64,000 bases of DNA from Gemmatimonadota bacterium. Lineage in GTDB: Bacteria > Gemmatimonadota > Gemmatimonadetes > Gemmatimonadales > GWC2-71-9. A program made the translations under genes and the position numbers. The stretch is taken from the NCBI GenBank assembly GCA_039588295.1, contig JBDHAB010000005.1:62395-126394 (forward strand), written 5' to 3'. Shown piece by piece: positions 39,849 to 50,186 of the stretch; positions within the stretch are counted from its first letter, which is position 1; each line of letters begins with the position of its first letter. Below the pieces are notes generated by a model. That model saw nothing but the letters and a program-made list of their open reading frames with translations. It made no database searches and had not been told where the DNA came from.

Positions 39849-41444
39849 CTAGGCGGCGGCGTCCACCGGCAGGCCGATCCTGAAACGCGACCCGCGTCCG
39901 ATCTGCGAGTCCACCAGGATCCTGCCCCCGTGCTCCTGCACGATTCCGTAGCAGATGGATAGCCCCAAGCCCGTCCCACGGCCGGGCAACTTCGTCGTGT
40001 AGAACGGCTCAAAGATTTTGGGCAGATCGTCTCGCGGGATTCCCATGCCGGTATCACCGATCTCGACCATCACTTCATCGTCACGCATGCCGAACATCGC
40101 GGTGCGCACGGTGAGGACACCCTTCCCTTCCATCGCGTCAATCGCATTCAGCATCATTGAGAGAAACACCTGGATCAGCTGCTCATGGTTCGCACGAATG
40201 ATCGGCAACCCGTCGGCAAGCTCCCGCTCGAGGGTGATGCCTCGGAACTTGTCATGATGCTTCACCAGGAACAGGGCGTCCTCGACGATCTGGTTGATCT
40301 CACCTTCGCGCTTGACCCGTGCTTTCGGCCGCGAGAAGTCGAGCAAGCCGTCGACGATCGATTTGCACCGGGCCAGCTCCGATTCCATGATCCACAGGTA
40401 TTCCTCGTAGCTGGCCGCGTCCGCCGCCGGCAGATCGTACACCCGGGCGGCAAGCGCTTCGACGCAGGCCCCGATCGTGGCAAGCGGATTGTTGATCTCG
40501 TGCATGACCCCGGCCGCGAGTTGCCCGACCGCCGCGAGTTTCTCCGTCTGCGAGACCTGCTCCTGGACCCGTTTCCACTCCGTAATGTCCTCACCGATCG
40601 TGATGACGTGTGACACCAGGTCTTCGTCCAGACGCATCGGCACCTTGGTGAGCCGGTAGTACCGGGACTCGCCGGAGGCAGTGGACTCCACCTCCATTTG
40701 TTCCATCTCGCCGGTCCCGAACGCCCGATCGAACTCCTGCTTGAGTAACGCGCGCGGCTGTCGGTAGAGCACCTCGAACACCGTGCGCCCTATCACTTGC
40801 TCTCGATTGATGCCCTGCGTGCCAGTCTCCCGCTTCCGGTTCCATGCTTGAATCCGGTAATCGCGGTCGATGACGTACAGCCCGAGCGGCAGTGAGTCAA
40901 TGATCTTGGATGTGAACCGCCGTTGGGACTCGATCTCGCGTGTCCGGAGGGCGATCTCCGAGGCCAGATCCTCGGACAGCTCAAAGGACGCGATCAACGG
41001 AGAGAGGATGTTGGCGGTAATGTGGAGCACCTCACGGAGCGTCGCCGTTTCCGGGCCGGCGAAGATCGTGGCCTCGAGCAAACCCAACGATTCACCCTCG
41101 TGTGCGAGCGGGAACCGCGCGTGCCAGAAGTCGCCGCGACGCACGGTCGGATCCTGTGAAGCGAACCAATCGCGGGACGCTTCCGCGGTCACCTCGGCCG
41201 GAGGTACCGCCCCCTCGGGCACGATCGCCCGAAACGACGAGCCGTCCGCCGTTCGGATCCAGATACGGCAAGCATCCGTCCGCAGCCCGCGGCCCAGCGC
41301 CCCTGCTACGCCGACGAGGACGCCTTCCGCCCCCAGGCCCGTGGCGAGGTATGCCGCAACGTCCGCGAGGATCTTGAGCCCGCGGTCGCTGAGGGGCGCT
41401 CGCGGCGCCGTATGGGACACCGAGAAATCGTGGGCGTCAGCCAT
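39849..41444 (-). CDS. PAS sensor histidine kinase (NtrB-like)
   Basis: PAS domain, HEINNPL, NAIDA, FEPFYTTK, GTGLGL. Confidence 0.9.
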   Translation of the reverse strand: MADAHDFSVSHTAPRAPLSDRGLKILADVAAYLATGLGAEGVLVGVAGALGRGLRTDACRIWIRTADGSSFRAIVPEGAVPPAEVTAEASRDWFASQDPTVRRGDFWHARFPLAHEGESLGLLEATIFAGPETATLREVLHITANILSPLIASFELSEDLASEIALRTREIESQRRFTSKIIDSLPLGLYVIDRDYRIQAWNRKRETGTQGINREQVIGRTVFEVLYRQPRALLKQEFDRAFGTGEMEQMEVESTASGESRYYRLTKVPMRLDEDLVSHVITIGEDITEWKRVQEQVSQTEKLAAVGQLAAGVMHEINNPLATIGACVEALAARVYDLPAADAASYEEYLWIMESELARCKSIVDGLLDFSRPKARVKREGEINQIVEDALFLVKHHDKFRGITLERELADGLPIIRANHEQLIQVFLSMMLNAIDAMEGKGVLTVRTAMFGMRDDEVMVEIGDTGMGIPRDDLPKIFEPFYTTKLPGRGTGLGLSICYGIVQEHGGRILVDSQIGRGSRFRIGLPVDAAA

Positions 41445-41558
41445 TGTCGTGAACGTACCGGGGCCAGAGTGACGCCACAAGTGAGTCGCGGACCGGAGTC
41501 GGGCCCCCGCCCGGCGCAACGCTCGGATACCGACGCCGTGCCGGACGGCGCGCCGTCA

Positions 41559-42371
41559 CTACAGCCCCGCCCGGTTCCACTTCCCGATGACGTCGGTGAT
41601 CAACGCTTCGAGCCGCTGGACAACTCCGCCGAAGAACCGTTGGGCCTTGTCGGGATCGAAATCCGGGTACCCTTCGCCCTCGCGATACAGCACGATCGAC
41701 GAGGGGAACGGATAGGCGGTCCACCCCGATCCCCGCGGCGTCGCCATTTCCGCCCCAGCGTAGAGCTCTGGATGTACCAGATCCGGACGGACCGCGAGCA
41801 CCGCGCCCGTCTCGTTGTTCCCGGCGTGTCCACCCTCCGTGCCGTAGACCTCTTGCACCAGATCGGCCGTGAGCGTCCACCACTCCGTCACCAGGATCCG
41901 ACTCCGGGTCTCCCGAAACACCCGCTCTGCCGCCTCGCGCAGCGGATCGCCGTTCGGACCGTGTCCGTTGAGCACCACGATGTTGCGGAACCCGGCGTGC
42001 GCGAGGCCGACCAGAGCCTCGTAGCTGTACGCCGTAAAGGTCTCTGCGCTGATGCCCAGCGCGCCGGGGTATTCATCCAACGTGACCGTCACACCGTATG
42101 GAATCGTCGGCGCCACGAGGGCGTTGACACGGGGCGCGAGCCGGAGGGCCAACTCGTACGGCACCGTGTTGTCCGCGCCGTTGTTCACCACGCCATGGGG
42201 CTCGACCGTGCCGGCCGGAACCAGGACCGTTGCCACGGAGTCGGGAACCAGCCGCCCCACCTCGAGCCAGTTCAGTTCCTCGAGCAGCCAGGTCCTTGCC
42301 TGTCCGCTCTGCGCCGCGAGATTCCCGCCCATCAGGACGAGGGCTGCCAGAAGCAGCATGGATCGTCGCAC
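41559..42371 (-). CDS. Creatininase family protein with signal peptide
   Basis: GTVEPHG, NGHG, GHAG..ET. Confidence 0.85.
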   Translation of the reverse strand: MRRSMLLLAALVLMGGNLAAQSGQARTWLLEELNWLEVGRLVPDSVATVLVPAGTVEPHGVVNNGADNTVPYELALRLAPRVNALVAPTIPYGVTVTLDEYPGALGISAETFTAYSYEALVGLAHAGFRNIVVLNGHGPNGDPLREAAERVFRETRSRILVTEWWTLTADLVQEVYGTEGGHAGNNETGAVLAVRPDLVHPELYAGAEMATPRGSGWTAYPFPSSIVLYREGEGYPDFDPDKAQRFFGGVVQRLEALITDVIGKWNRAGL

Positions 42372-42604
42372 GTGGTACCTCCCTTTCAGTCGACGGCGTC
42401 GAGCTGCCTCAACAACTCGTTAGCCGACCGCTTGTGACCAGTATCCCGCTCGGCGTGCGTCCATCGCACGATGCCTTCCCTATCAATGCTGCTGTACGCC
42501 CCTACTCCCTTGTGTTCGTCTCGCCACCTCGCCTAATTACTGGCGAATTCGGCACTTCCAACTGGCAAGAATCTAGTTGATTACGAACGGAGGAATAGCA
42601 CGTC

Positions 42605-43216
42605 ATGGCGCATGTACTCGAAAACCTCCCGTACGCCTACGATGCGCTCGAGCCGCACATCGATGCGCGGACGATGGAGATTCACCATACAAAGCACCAC
42701 GCCGGCTACGTTGCCAAGCTCAACGCAGCGCTCGAGCAGCACGCCGATCTCAAGGGGAAGGCAATTGACGACCTGTTGCGCGGCATCGGTGCCGTGCCGG
42801 AGGCGGTCCGCACCGGCGTCCGCAACAATGGCGGAGGCCATGCGAACCACACGTTGTTTTGGCGTGTGATGAGTCCCAACGGCGGGGGGGAGCCGACTGG
42901 AGCGCTCGCCAAAGCGATCGAGAAGACATTCGGTGACTTCGCGACCTTCAAGCAGCAGTTCTCGGACGCCGCCGCTACCCGGTTCGGCAGCGGCTGGGCG
43001 TGGCTGGTTGTGGACGGTGGGAACCTCGCAGTCGAGAGCACCCCGAACCAGAACAGCCCGCTCATGGAAGGCAAGCAGCCGATCCTGGGCTTGGACGTCT
43101 GGGAGCACGCGTACTACCTGAACTACCAGAACCGTCGTCCGGACTACATCGCGGCGTGGTGGAACGTCGTGAACTGGGACGAGGTTGCCACGCGGTTTGG
43201 TGCAGCGGGCAAATAG
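42605..43216 (+). CDS. sodA: Mn/Fe superoxide dismutase
   Basis: [28 protein letters not shown]. Confidence 0.95.
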   Translation: MAHVLENLPYAYDALEPHIDARTMEIHHTKHHAGYVAKLNAALEQHADLKGKAIDDLLRGIGAVPEAVRTGVRNNGGGHANHTLFWRVMSPNGGGEPTGALAKAIEKTFGDFATFKQQFSDAAATRFGSGWAWLVVDGGNLAVESTPNQNSPLMEGKQPILGLDVWEHAYYLNYQNRRPDYIAAWWNVVNWDEVATRFGAAGK

Positions 43217-43799
43217 GACCCACGGTCTCGTCCGGTCCGCCGCGGCCGGCGTCGCCTTGGCGCTGGCAGCGGGTGCCTGGCACCCGCTGCCGGCGCAGTC
43301 TCGGGCTCTGGTGGTATTCGGCTTCGGCGGACGACACGCCCCGGTCGTCAATCTCACCGACACCGGCGATGATTACAGCGCGGCGTTCTCCTACGGCGGC
43401 GGTGTCGCGGTGCAGTTCGGGCCCCGCATCGCCCTGCGTGCGAGCATTTCACGCCACCGTGCGCGGTACCGCGGTGAGACCGTGGCGCTCAGCGACTCGG
43501 GTGCCACACGGTACGCGTACGGTGGAGATCTCCAGGTCGGATGGCCGAGCACGTCGCCCCTGGTCCCCTATGTCTTCCTTGGCGCCGGGGCGGTGCGAAG
43601 CGACCCCGATGAGATGGGCCTCGCCACCACGACCAGCCCGGCGGGGCGTTTCGGAGTCGGCATCAACCGGGTAAGCCGTATCGGTGCCTGGTTCCTGGAG
43701 TTCGGGGCTTGGCTGTACCAGTTCGACGGGCTGGGGCTGAAACGCTTTCAGTTCGACGTCGAGGGCCGGCTTGGCTTTGCAATGGCGATAGGGCTTTAA
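43185..43799 (+). CDS. Outer-membrane beta-barrel protein (start uncertain)
   Basis: Signal peptide, PYVFLGAG, alternating beta strands. Confidence 0.65.
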   Translation: MPRGLVQRANRTHGLVRSAAAGVALALAAGAWHPLPAQSRALVVFGFGGRHAPVVNLTDTGDDYSAAFSYGGGVAVQFGPRIALRASISRHRARYRGETVALSDSGATRYAYGGDLQVGWPSTSPLVPYVFLGAGAVRSDPDEMGLATTTSPAGRFGVGINRVSRIGAWFLEFGAWLYQFDGLGLKRFQFDVEGRLGFAMAIGL

Positions 43800-43802
43800 G
43801 AA

Positions 43803-43853
43803 GGGATAGGGGATAGGGAATAAGGGAGAAGGGAGAAGGGAGAAGGGAGAAGG
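43803..43853 (+). repeat. Purine-rich heptamer tandem repeat
   Basis: GGGATAG x2, GGAATAA, GGGAGAA x4. Confidence 0.85.
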
Positions 43854-43881
43854 AACAAGTCTGATTGCGGGGCGAAGCACA

Positions 43882-43909
43882 GAGCCGCCGGTCGCATGGC
43901 CGGCGGCTC
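43882..43909. terminator. Hairpin between convergent genes
   Basis: GAGCCGCCGGTC-GCAT-GGCCGGCGGCTC. Confidence 0.65.
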
Positions 43910-43926
43910 CGTTGCGCTCGTCCCCC

Positions 43927-44877
43927 CTACTCCAGCGGAATCCGGCTCTTGTTCTCAGCGAGCCACATGTCAAACGTCTGTAGTGCCGGGTTGAGGGCAC
44001 GGCTCACAGCGAGGTCCCGCGCTCCGCAGTAGTACTCTTCGAAGTCTCGCTTGAACTGGAACATGTTCCCGAGATCCTCGGCACCCGGGAAGCCAAAGCT
44101 GCGATATGCCTCGGGCGGAACTGCATTGTAGTGCACTTCTTCACCCAACACCGTGGCGAGCGTCGTGGCCATTTGTGCACCCGTGAGATGTTCACCAGCA
44201 ATCCCGACCGTCTTGCCGATGAACTCGCTTCCTTGCTTGAAGATGCCGTAGGCGCTCTTGCCGATGTCCTCTGCGGCGATGCCCGGCAGTTTCTTGTCAC
44301 CCATGGGCAATGTGATCGCGAACTTGCCATCCGAGCCCTTCTTGGGGCCCATACCGAAGTGGATCAGGTTGTCCCAGTAGAACGATGTCAGCAAGAAGGT
44401 CGTCGGTACGCCGAACTCCTCGAACACGTGGTTTGCCTCACCCTTGGCATCGAAGTGTGGGACTTTGTATTTGTCCATCAAGGTTGGCATGCGGCTGTCG
44501 CTGAGCGGTACCCATTTGCGTGTGTCCTCGAGCGTAGACCAGACGACGTGCTGCAGCCCGGCGTGCTTGGCCGCTTCGGCCATGGCTTTGACCTGTGCAC
44601 CTTCCTTCTCCGGCGAAAAGTGCTCCCAGAAGAACGTCACGCAGAACGCTCCGTACGCGCCGGAGAACGCGGCCTTCAGACTCTCGACGTCGTCCACGTC
44701 GGCCCTCACGACCTCTGCACCCAGGGCCGCAAGCGCTTTCGCCTTGTCGGAGTTCACATCTCTCGTGAGGGCACGGACCGCGAACCCTGAGCTTTTGTCG
44801 CTGAGGATGGCACGCGCCAACCCACCACCCTGGGCACCAGTCGCGCCAACAACTGCAATGATCTTCTTGCTTGCCAT
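43927..44877 (-). CDS. NmrA/HSCARG family NAD(P)-binding protein
   Basis: VVGATGAQGG, VRALTR, VPHFDAK. Confidence 0.92.
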   Translation of the reverse strand: MASKKIIAVVGATGAQGGGLARAILSDKSSGFAVRALTRDVNSDKAKALAALGAEVVRADVDDVESLKAAFSGAYGAFCVTFFWEHFSPEKEGAQVKAMAEAAKHAGLQHVVWSTLEDTRKWVPLSDSRMPTLMDKYKVPHFDAKGEANHVFEEFGVPTTFLLTSFYWDNLIHFGMGPKKGSDGKFAITLPMGDKKLPGIAAEDIGKSAYGIFKQGSEFIGKTVGIAGEHLTGAQMATTLATVLGEEVHYNAVPPEAYRSFGFPGAEDLGNMFQFKRDFEEYYCGARDLAVSRALNPALQTFDMWLAENKSRIPLE

Positions 44878-44978
44878 GCGGAACTCCTCCCCAATTCAGT
44901 CGTGAGGTGTCCTGCGCGGGCGCGCCTGCTATCCAGGCGCGTGCTCCGCTTCGACCAGAGTACATCCAGCACCTCGGT

Positions 44979-45003
44979 ATATTCTAACAAAATAGTCGGG
45001 ATT
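44979..45003. promoter_or_regulatory. Putative Rrf2/IscR-type operator upstream of the NmrA gene
   Basis: Reverse complement AATCCCGACTATTTTGTTAGAATAT. Confidence 0.45.
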
Positions 45004-45086
45004 TAGGGGAGTCAACCCCCACTCGTCCGGGCCCCGAGCGCGAGTTCACCGAGATCCTCTACCTACCCTCCAGCCTCCAACGGAAA

Positions 45087-45114
45087 CGGGACTGCAGCTA
45101 AGCCACAGTCCCGC
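45087..45114 (-). terminator. Hairpin duplicated at 47562-47590
   Basis: CGGGACTGCAGCTAAGCCACAGTCCCG versus CGGGACCGCAGCTAAGCCACGGTCCCG (compensatory stem change). Confidence 0.65.
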
Positions 45115-45213
45115 TCGGGTGCGCCGGACGAGCAGTGAGAAGTGTGGCGCTGTCCGACGTGTGGGTTTGCAGCGGCGTTCAGAGCCTAAGGCAACCGCCC
45201 GGCGCGGAGCCAC

Positions 45214-45756
45214 CTAGTGCCACGTGACGCTGAGGCCACCGTGGATCACCGTTCCCAACTCCGCTCCCCCCAGGCTGTCCAGTTCATGCACGCGCACGAC
45301 GACTTGCACGAATGGGGTCAGAGAGAAGGTGTCGCCGCGTCGTAGGTCGTACCCGAGACCCACAAGAGGTGCAACGTCCTGGGCGGAGTGCTCCCCACAC
45401 CAAAAGAAGAGACCCCGATAGCTGACACCCGCCTTCAGAAACAGGTTACCACGGACTGAAGGGTAGGCTGAGCCCACGAGGGCAAGCGTTGCGAGCCCCC
45501 CGTCACCGACAAACAGCGCGTCCAATTCGCCTGCGACACGCAGTCGCGATGCGATGGCGGAGCCGACACCGATATTGAAGGAAGCACCGATGTGTTGATC
45601 GTCGTGTTGGGGAAACGTGCCGGACAGGAAGCCTACGCCCCCACCAACCCCGAACCATACCCCCGAGCGCAGCTGGTCTTGGGCGACGGCGTCAGTGAGC
45701 GGCGCGAAGATGAAGACGGCAAGAAGTGGCGCGACACGCACGAGTGCCTCCGACAT
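45214..45756 (-). CDS. Exported outer-membrane beta-barrel-like protein
   Basis: Signal peptide, GLGYD, LTPFV, C-terminal SVTWH. Confidence 0.6.
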   Translation of the reverse strand: MSEALVRVAPLLAVFIFAPLTDAVAQDQLRSGVWFGVGGGVGFLSGTFPQHDDQHIGASFNIGVGSAIASRLRVAGELDALFVGDGGLATLALVGSAYPSVRGNLFLKAGVSYRGLFFWCGEHSAQDVAPLVGLGYDLRRGDTFSLTPFVQVVVRVHELDSLGGAELGTVIHGGLSVTWH

Positions 45757-46094
45757 GTGACTCAAGCCCAACCTGCGGGCCGTGCCCCCTGAGAACCGGA
45801 GAAGGAGATCTCAGAAACTACGAAGGAGATGGTAGGAAGGTAAGACGGTAAGAGGGTGGGGATACCATCCAACCGTTGTACAACCCTACTGCCCTCCACG
45901 TGTTCGCACACTCTTCGCACACCACAGATTTGTGATGTCGCTCCCAGTTCGGGAACGGCGTAAGTCAGCTCCCAGTGGTACCATTGGTCGTAGTGCGTCT
46001 GGACCCTTCTCCCCGATTGAAACTCGCGCCGTCCTTATGCGTATACCTTAGACCACACCTAACACCATTATCACTCAACGAGCGAGACCGTCCA

Positions 46095-47495
46095 ATGCGC
46101 AGGTTCTTGAGGCCGCGAAGTTCACGACCGATACGATTGCCATTCGTCATTGGCATGCTGCTCGCCGCTGGGGTCGGCGGAGTTCCCAAGGCAGAAGCGC
46201 AGGCCGCTCCCGCGAACCGAACGCTCACCATTGCACAGATGAAGGCCGATCTCGAGGTCTTCCGAACGAACTTTCTGGAAGTCGACCAGGCGTATTCGGC
46301 GGAGGCACGATCGCGAGGCGAAGCGAAACTCCGGGAGCTGGAAGAACGACTGTCCCGGGTGAGTTGGGCGAAGTTCGAGTTATCGCTCGCGCAGATCGTT
46401 GCTCTGGCCGATAACGGTCACACGACCGCCTTCGCGGGGCCGCGTTCTCGGCGTTTCAATCGAGTGCCGATCCGTGTCACCCCGTTCGGCGAAGACTTTC
46501 ACGTGCTCAGGGCAACTGCGGCGCATGCAGACCTGCTCGGCGCACGAGTTGTGGCAGTGGGCGATACGCGCATCGACGAGATCCGAGACTCCGCGCGGAC
46601 GCTGGCGGGCGGCGTTGCGGCCTGGCGCGATCGCAACGCGAATTACCTCATCGAAAGCCCGGAGCAGATGCATGCACTCGGATTGATTACCGAGATGGAT
46701 GCGGTACTCTATGAATTCGAAACCGCTGCGGGCCGCCGTGTTGCACGGCGCCTCCAAGCGGAACCGGCGAACGATGACCGCGTGCGCGCGGGCGCCAGTC
46801 GATGGCTCTCCCCCGAGCTCTTCCCCGAGGAGCGGGGGACGTGGCGGGCGCTCCTGGACCCGAATCAGGTACCGTGGTCGTTGAGAGACGTCGACGAGCC
46901 GTTTCGATCCCGTGACGCAGCGGAACTCGACGCGACCATCGTCGAACTGCGACGGAACAACAATGCCCCGGGGCGTCCGATCTCCGCGGCCCTGCGTGAA
47001 CTCACAGCTGCGATCGAGGCGGGCGGTCACCAACATCTCGTGCTCGACATGCGACTGAATGGTGGGGGCGATCTCAACACGACGCGCAACTTCATGACGT
47101 CCCTCCCAGACCTCGTCCCTGGGCGCATCTTCGTCCTCATGAGTCCGTGGACGTTCTCCGCAGCCATCTCGAGCATTGGCTACCTCGAGCAAGCCGCGCC
47201 CGAGCGCGTGACGCTTGTAGGGGAAGGGCCCGGCGATCGCCTCGAGTTCTTTTCCGAAGGGGGCATCGTCACGCTGCCCAATTCCGGCGCCGTGCTGCTC
47301 AACGCGACGGAACGTCACGACTATCGAACGGGGTGTGAAGGAAAGGTGGATTGTCATGGTCCAGTCGTGCGCAATCCGATTGCTGTGCCTTCATTGGCAC
47401 CGGACATCGCGGCACCGTGGACGTTAGCGGCCTATGCTGCTGGGCGAGATCCCGGGATGGAGGCGGTAACGGCGGCTCTGCGCGATGGCCGGTAA
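46095..47495 (+). CDS. S41 peptidase-like exported protein
   Basis: DNGHT, VLDMRLNGGG, TFSAA, LVGE, PDI; start uncertain. Confidence 0.75.
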   Translation: MRRFLRPRSSRPIRLPFVIGMLLAAGVGGVPKAEAQAAPANRTLTIAQMKADLEVFRTNFLEVDQAYSAEARSRGEAKLRELEERLSRVSWAKFELSLAQIVALADNGHTTAFAGPRSRRFNRVPIRVTPFGEDFHVLRATAAHADLLGARVVAVGDTRIDEIRDSARTLAGGVAAWRDRNANYLIESPEQMHALGLITEMDAVLYEFETAAGRRVARRLQAEPANDDRVRAGASRWLSPELFPEERGTWRALLDPNQVPWSLRDVDEPFRSRDAAELDATIVELRRNNNAPGRPISAALRELTAAIEAGGHQHLVLDMRLNGGGDLNTTRNFMTSLPDLVPGRIFVLMSPWTFSAAISSIGYLEQAAPERVTLVGEGPGDRLEFFSEGGIVTLPNSGAVLLNATERHDYRTGCEGKVDCHGPVVRNPIAVPSLAPDIAAPWTLAAYAAGRDPGMEAVTAALRDGR

Positions 47496-47597
47496 CGGCG
47501 GTTACGCTCAGGCACAAGCATGGCGGACCATGTTAGGTCGCACCAAGCGGGCCAGCACCTTGCGGGACCGCAGCTAAGCCACGGTCCCGCATGAAGA

Positions 47598-47637
47598 TGG
47601 AGCGGATGGGATTCGACCCCACGACCCCCGGCTTGCA
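47598..47637 (-). pseudogene. tRNA-Ala(UGC) 3'-half fragment (att scar)
   Basis: TGCAAGCCGGGGGTCGTGGGGTCGAATCCCATCCGCTCCA; no D-arm upstream. Confidence 0.75.
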
Positions 47638-47860
47638 GCGCACGCCGAAGGGGCGCAGCCTGCGCCTCGGAAGGAGCAGCCTGTCCCTGCTAGACACCAG
47701 GGGCCGCGCAACTTGCGCCGCCCGTCTCGCCATTCACCCCGACCTGCTGAAAACCAAGTTTCCCAAGATGTCCGCGATATTTTCGCAAAGATTCTCGGAA
47801 ACTCGATAAGATGTTCGCCTGCCTTCCCTACCGTCACGCAACTGTCACTCAGGCGCAGCC

Positions 47861-47893
47861 AAAAGCCCCGAGCGCCGCGTGACGCTCGGGGCT
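47861..47893 (-). repeat. Conserved 3' hairpin element, copy 1
   Basis: AGCCCCGAGCGTCACGCGGCGCTCGGGGCTTTT on minus strand. Confidence 0.9.
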
Positions 47894-47965
47894 CAGAGTC
47901 TGGTGTCGCGACGCCCAAGACCCGACGGACACCCCTGGTGCGAATCCTCCTTCCCGGCGCGGAGT

Positions 47966-49276
47966 CTATGCTGGTGCTTCGACCACCTCGAGTTCACTCT
48001 CCTCGACCCGCTTGTCCGTGTCCTCGGCGTAGCAGATCGCGTTCAACAGACGACCGTATCTTCGGTACTCGTCGAGACGGCATGAGCTGACAAGGTTGCC
48101 CTCCCATACACAGGCATCAGGACAACTCTCGCACATGCTCGACATTCCGTTCTCCAACAGATCGGGCGGTTGGTTGATGCCGATGCTCTGGAAGTAGACC
48201 GGCTTGAACCAGTTCACGGGGTTGATGAGACTCTTGAGCAGCTTTCTGCGGACGGAGCGCATCTTCTTGTCGCCAAGGAGGGCCGTCAACAGGATCACGA
48301 AACGGGGCGACCGATTGGTCCTGAGGTACATGAAGTACCTACCCTTCACCCAGTGGTGGGCGACTTGGAGGAACTCCATTGTGCGGGGACCGATGAAGCC
48401 GTAGTCCATTCCGTGGGCATCGAATACACCTGCATACCCCCACCATTTGTATTCCTTGATGTGACCTGTGCCGCCCAAGTACGCGCTCGGTTCGAAGGAA
48501 CCGCCGATGTTGTCTTTCAGGATGTTGTACACGTCCACCGACGTGATGTCTATTTGACTGGTATCCGCCTCAGCGTATCCCAGCTTCTCTTGTATGCCGT
48601 CATGCGTCTCTCCCTGCTCGCTCTCCACGTCCCATTTCACGATCTCTCGTATCGGGATGCCTCGGTAGGTGATGAAATCGAGACCGTTCACCTTCCCGAT
48701 GTTCGAGCGGGCCCATCTCACAATGTCAGGCAGGAATCTGAAGTTCTCGTGATAGACCGTGCAGTTGAAGGTCGTGTAGATCTTGCCTCCGCCTACGTCA
48801 TAGATCATGTCCGCGATCTTCTGCCGGAGAGGCATGAGCCCGATCTCATCTTTGCGGCTCTTGTTCTCGGGTCGGTCCTGCAACATGTCCACGTGACAGG
48901 TGAACCCGTAGACACCCGCGTCAAACAGTTTGGAGATGAAGTCCTCCGTCATTCTTACGCAATTCGTGATGATATTGGGCTTGATCCCTCTGCCTGCGAT
49001 GTACTGGACCAGTTCCACAAGACGGGGATATATGAGAGGTTCACCACCGGCGATGCAGACCGTATCGATGTTCCTGTTGCTGATGCAGAAGTCGACCTCT
49101 CGCATCAATACCTCGAGTGGCCGGTGACCCTCCATGTACGAGCGGTAACATCCCTTGCAGTGGATGTTGCAGATATCGGTCGTCTCGAGCCATTGGACGG
49201 GATTGTCATTGCTCGACCACGGCCAGCGGTAGTAGTTCCGTTTCTCAGGCCAGTTGTCAGTGTTGTAGAATCCCAT
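47966..49276 (-). CDS. Radical SAM protein
   Basis: CNIHCKGC (CxxxCxxC), GGEPL, C-terminal CESCPDAC. Confidence 0.88.
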   Translation of the reverse strand: MGFYNTDNWPEKRNYYRWPWSSNDNPVQWLETTDICNIHCKGCYRSYMEGHRPLEVLMREVDFCISNRNIDTVCIAGGEPLIYPRLVELVQYIAGRGIKPNIITNCVRMTEDFISKLFDAGVYGFTCHVDMLQDRPENKSRKDEIGLMPLRQKIADMIYDVGGGKIYTTFNCTVYHENFRFLPDIVRWARSNIGKVNGLDFITYRGIPIREIVKWDVESEQGETHDGIQEKLGYAEADTSQIDITSVDVYNILKDNIGGSFEPSAYLGGTGHIKEYKWWGYAGVFDAHGMDYGFIGPRTMEFLQVAHHWVKGRYFMYLRTNRSPRFVILLTALLGDKKMRSVRRKLLKSLINPVNWFKPVYFQSIGINQPPDLLENGMSSMCESCPDACVWEGNLVSSCRLDEYRRYGRLLNAICYAEDTDKRVEESELEVVEAPA

Positions 49277-49488
49277 CTGATACCTCCTTGGCTGATCCCG
49301 GGGTCCCGGGGGCGGCGTGAGGGCGGAGCCGTCGCGTCGCCGGGCGGGCGTCCAGGTGGAGGGCGTCTGTCCGGCGGCGGGGCCCGTCGAAGGCCACCGA
49401 CAGGTTTGAACTCAGCACGCCAAAATGAGCCAATTCAGGAAATGCCCCAAGGACGGGAATTGTTCAGTTTGGAATCATTGGCGCGACT

Positions 49489-49520
49489 GAAAGCCCCGAG
49501 CGCCGTGCGAGGCTCGGGGC
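49489..49520 (-). repeat. Conserved 3' hairpin element, copy 2
   Basis: GCCCCGAGCCTCGCACGGCGCTCGGGGCTTTC on minus strand. Confidence 0.85.
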
Positions 49521-49548
49521 CGTTTGAGTCTCGCGAAGTCAACTAGGG

Positions 49549-50022
49549 TTAGTCGCGTACCAGCTCAACGTAGTCGGCCCAGCGCGTTCTCTCAGCCATG
49601 CTGGCGAATCTCGCGTCGACGTCACTGCACGCCTCCCCACAGTTCTCCCAGATCGCCTCGGAGGCTTCTGTCTGCTCGTCGCTGCTTGGCCAGTACCAGT
49701 CCCGCACGTATACCGACTGTATGTCATAGACCATGAGATACTCGCCGTCTCTCGCGTTCCTTTCACCCTTCACGAGCATCAAGTGGATTCCTGGAAAGCG
49801 GTCGCTCATAACGGGGTTCCACTCCTCGACAATGAACCGCTCGAAGTCCTCGGGTTTGACTCCGTCCTTGAGCGAAAAGTGGTGGATGCCCAGGAGTCGC
49901 TGATTGCCTGGCCGATCCTCTTCAATCATCGCGCCGGAGCCATCGAAATGAGCGACGTCGGTCGTTGCATTCACTGCTACTGCCGCGACTGCAATGACAA
50001 AGGCAAGGGTAAGGATACGCAT
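49549..50022 (-). CDS. Exported hypothetical protein
   Basis: Signal peptide MRILTLAFVIAVAAVA; RBS GAGG. Confidence 0.7.
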   Translation of the reverse strand: MRILTLAFVIAVAAVAVNATTDVAHFDGSGAMIEEDRPGNQRLLGIHHFSLKDGVKPEDFERFIVEEWNPVMSDRFPGIHLMLVKGERNARDGEYLMVYDIQSVYVRDWYWPSSDEQTEASEAIWENCGEACSDVDARFASMAERTRWADYVELVRD

Positions 50023-50143
50023 GGCAGCACCTCGGGGATGTGGTGACACGGGAGGCTTGGGGAGCGGAGGTCGAATATGCGCCCATGGATGGCAACTGCA
50101 AGTGTCCCGTATGAGGGCTGCGCTACGCGACCGTGCTGCACCC

Positions 50144-50177
50144 GAAAGCCCCGAACGCCGCGTGACGCTCGGGGCTT
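50144..50177 (-). repeat. Conserved 3' hairpin element, copy 3
   Basis: AGCCCCGAGCGTCACGCGGCGTTCGGGGCTTTC on minus strand. Confidence 0.9.
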
Positions 50178-50186
50178 GGAGGACCC

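Noticed and set aside
47498..47540. GTTAGGT after the S41 gene as an attC
   Set aside because: No convincing complementary left arm.
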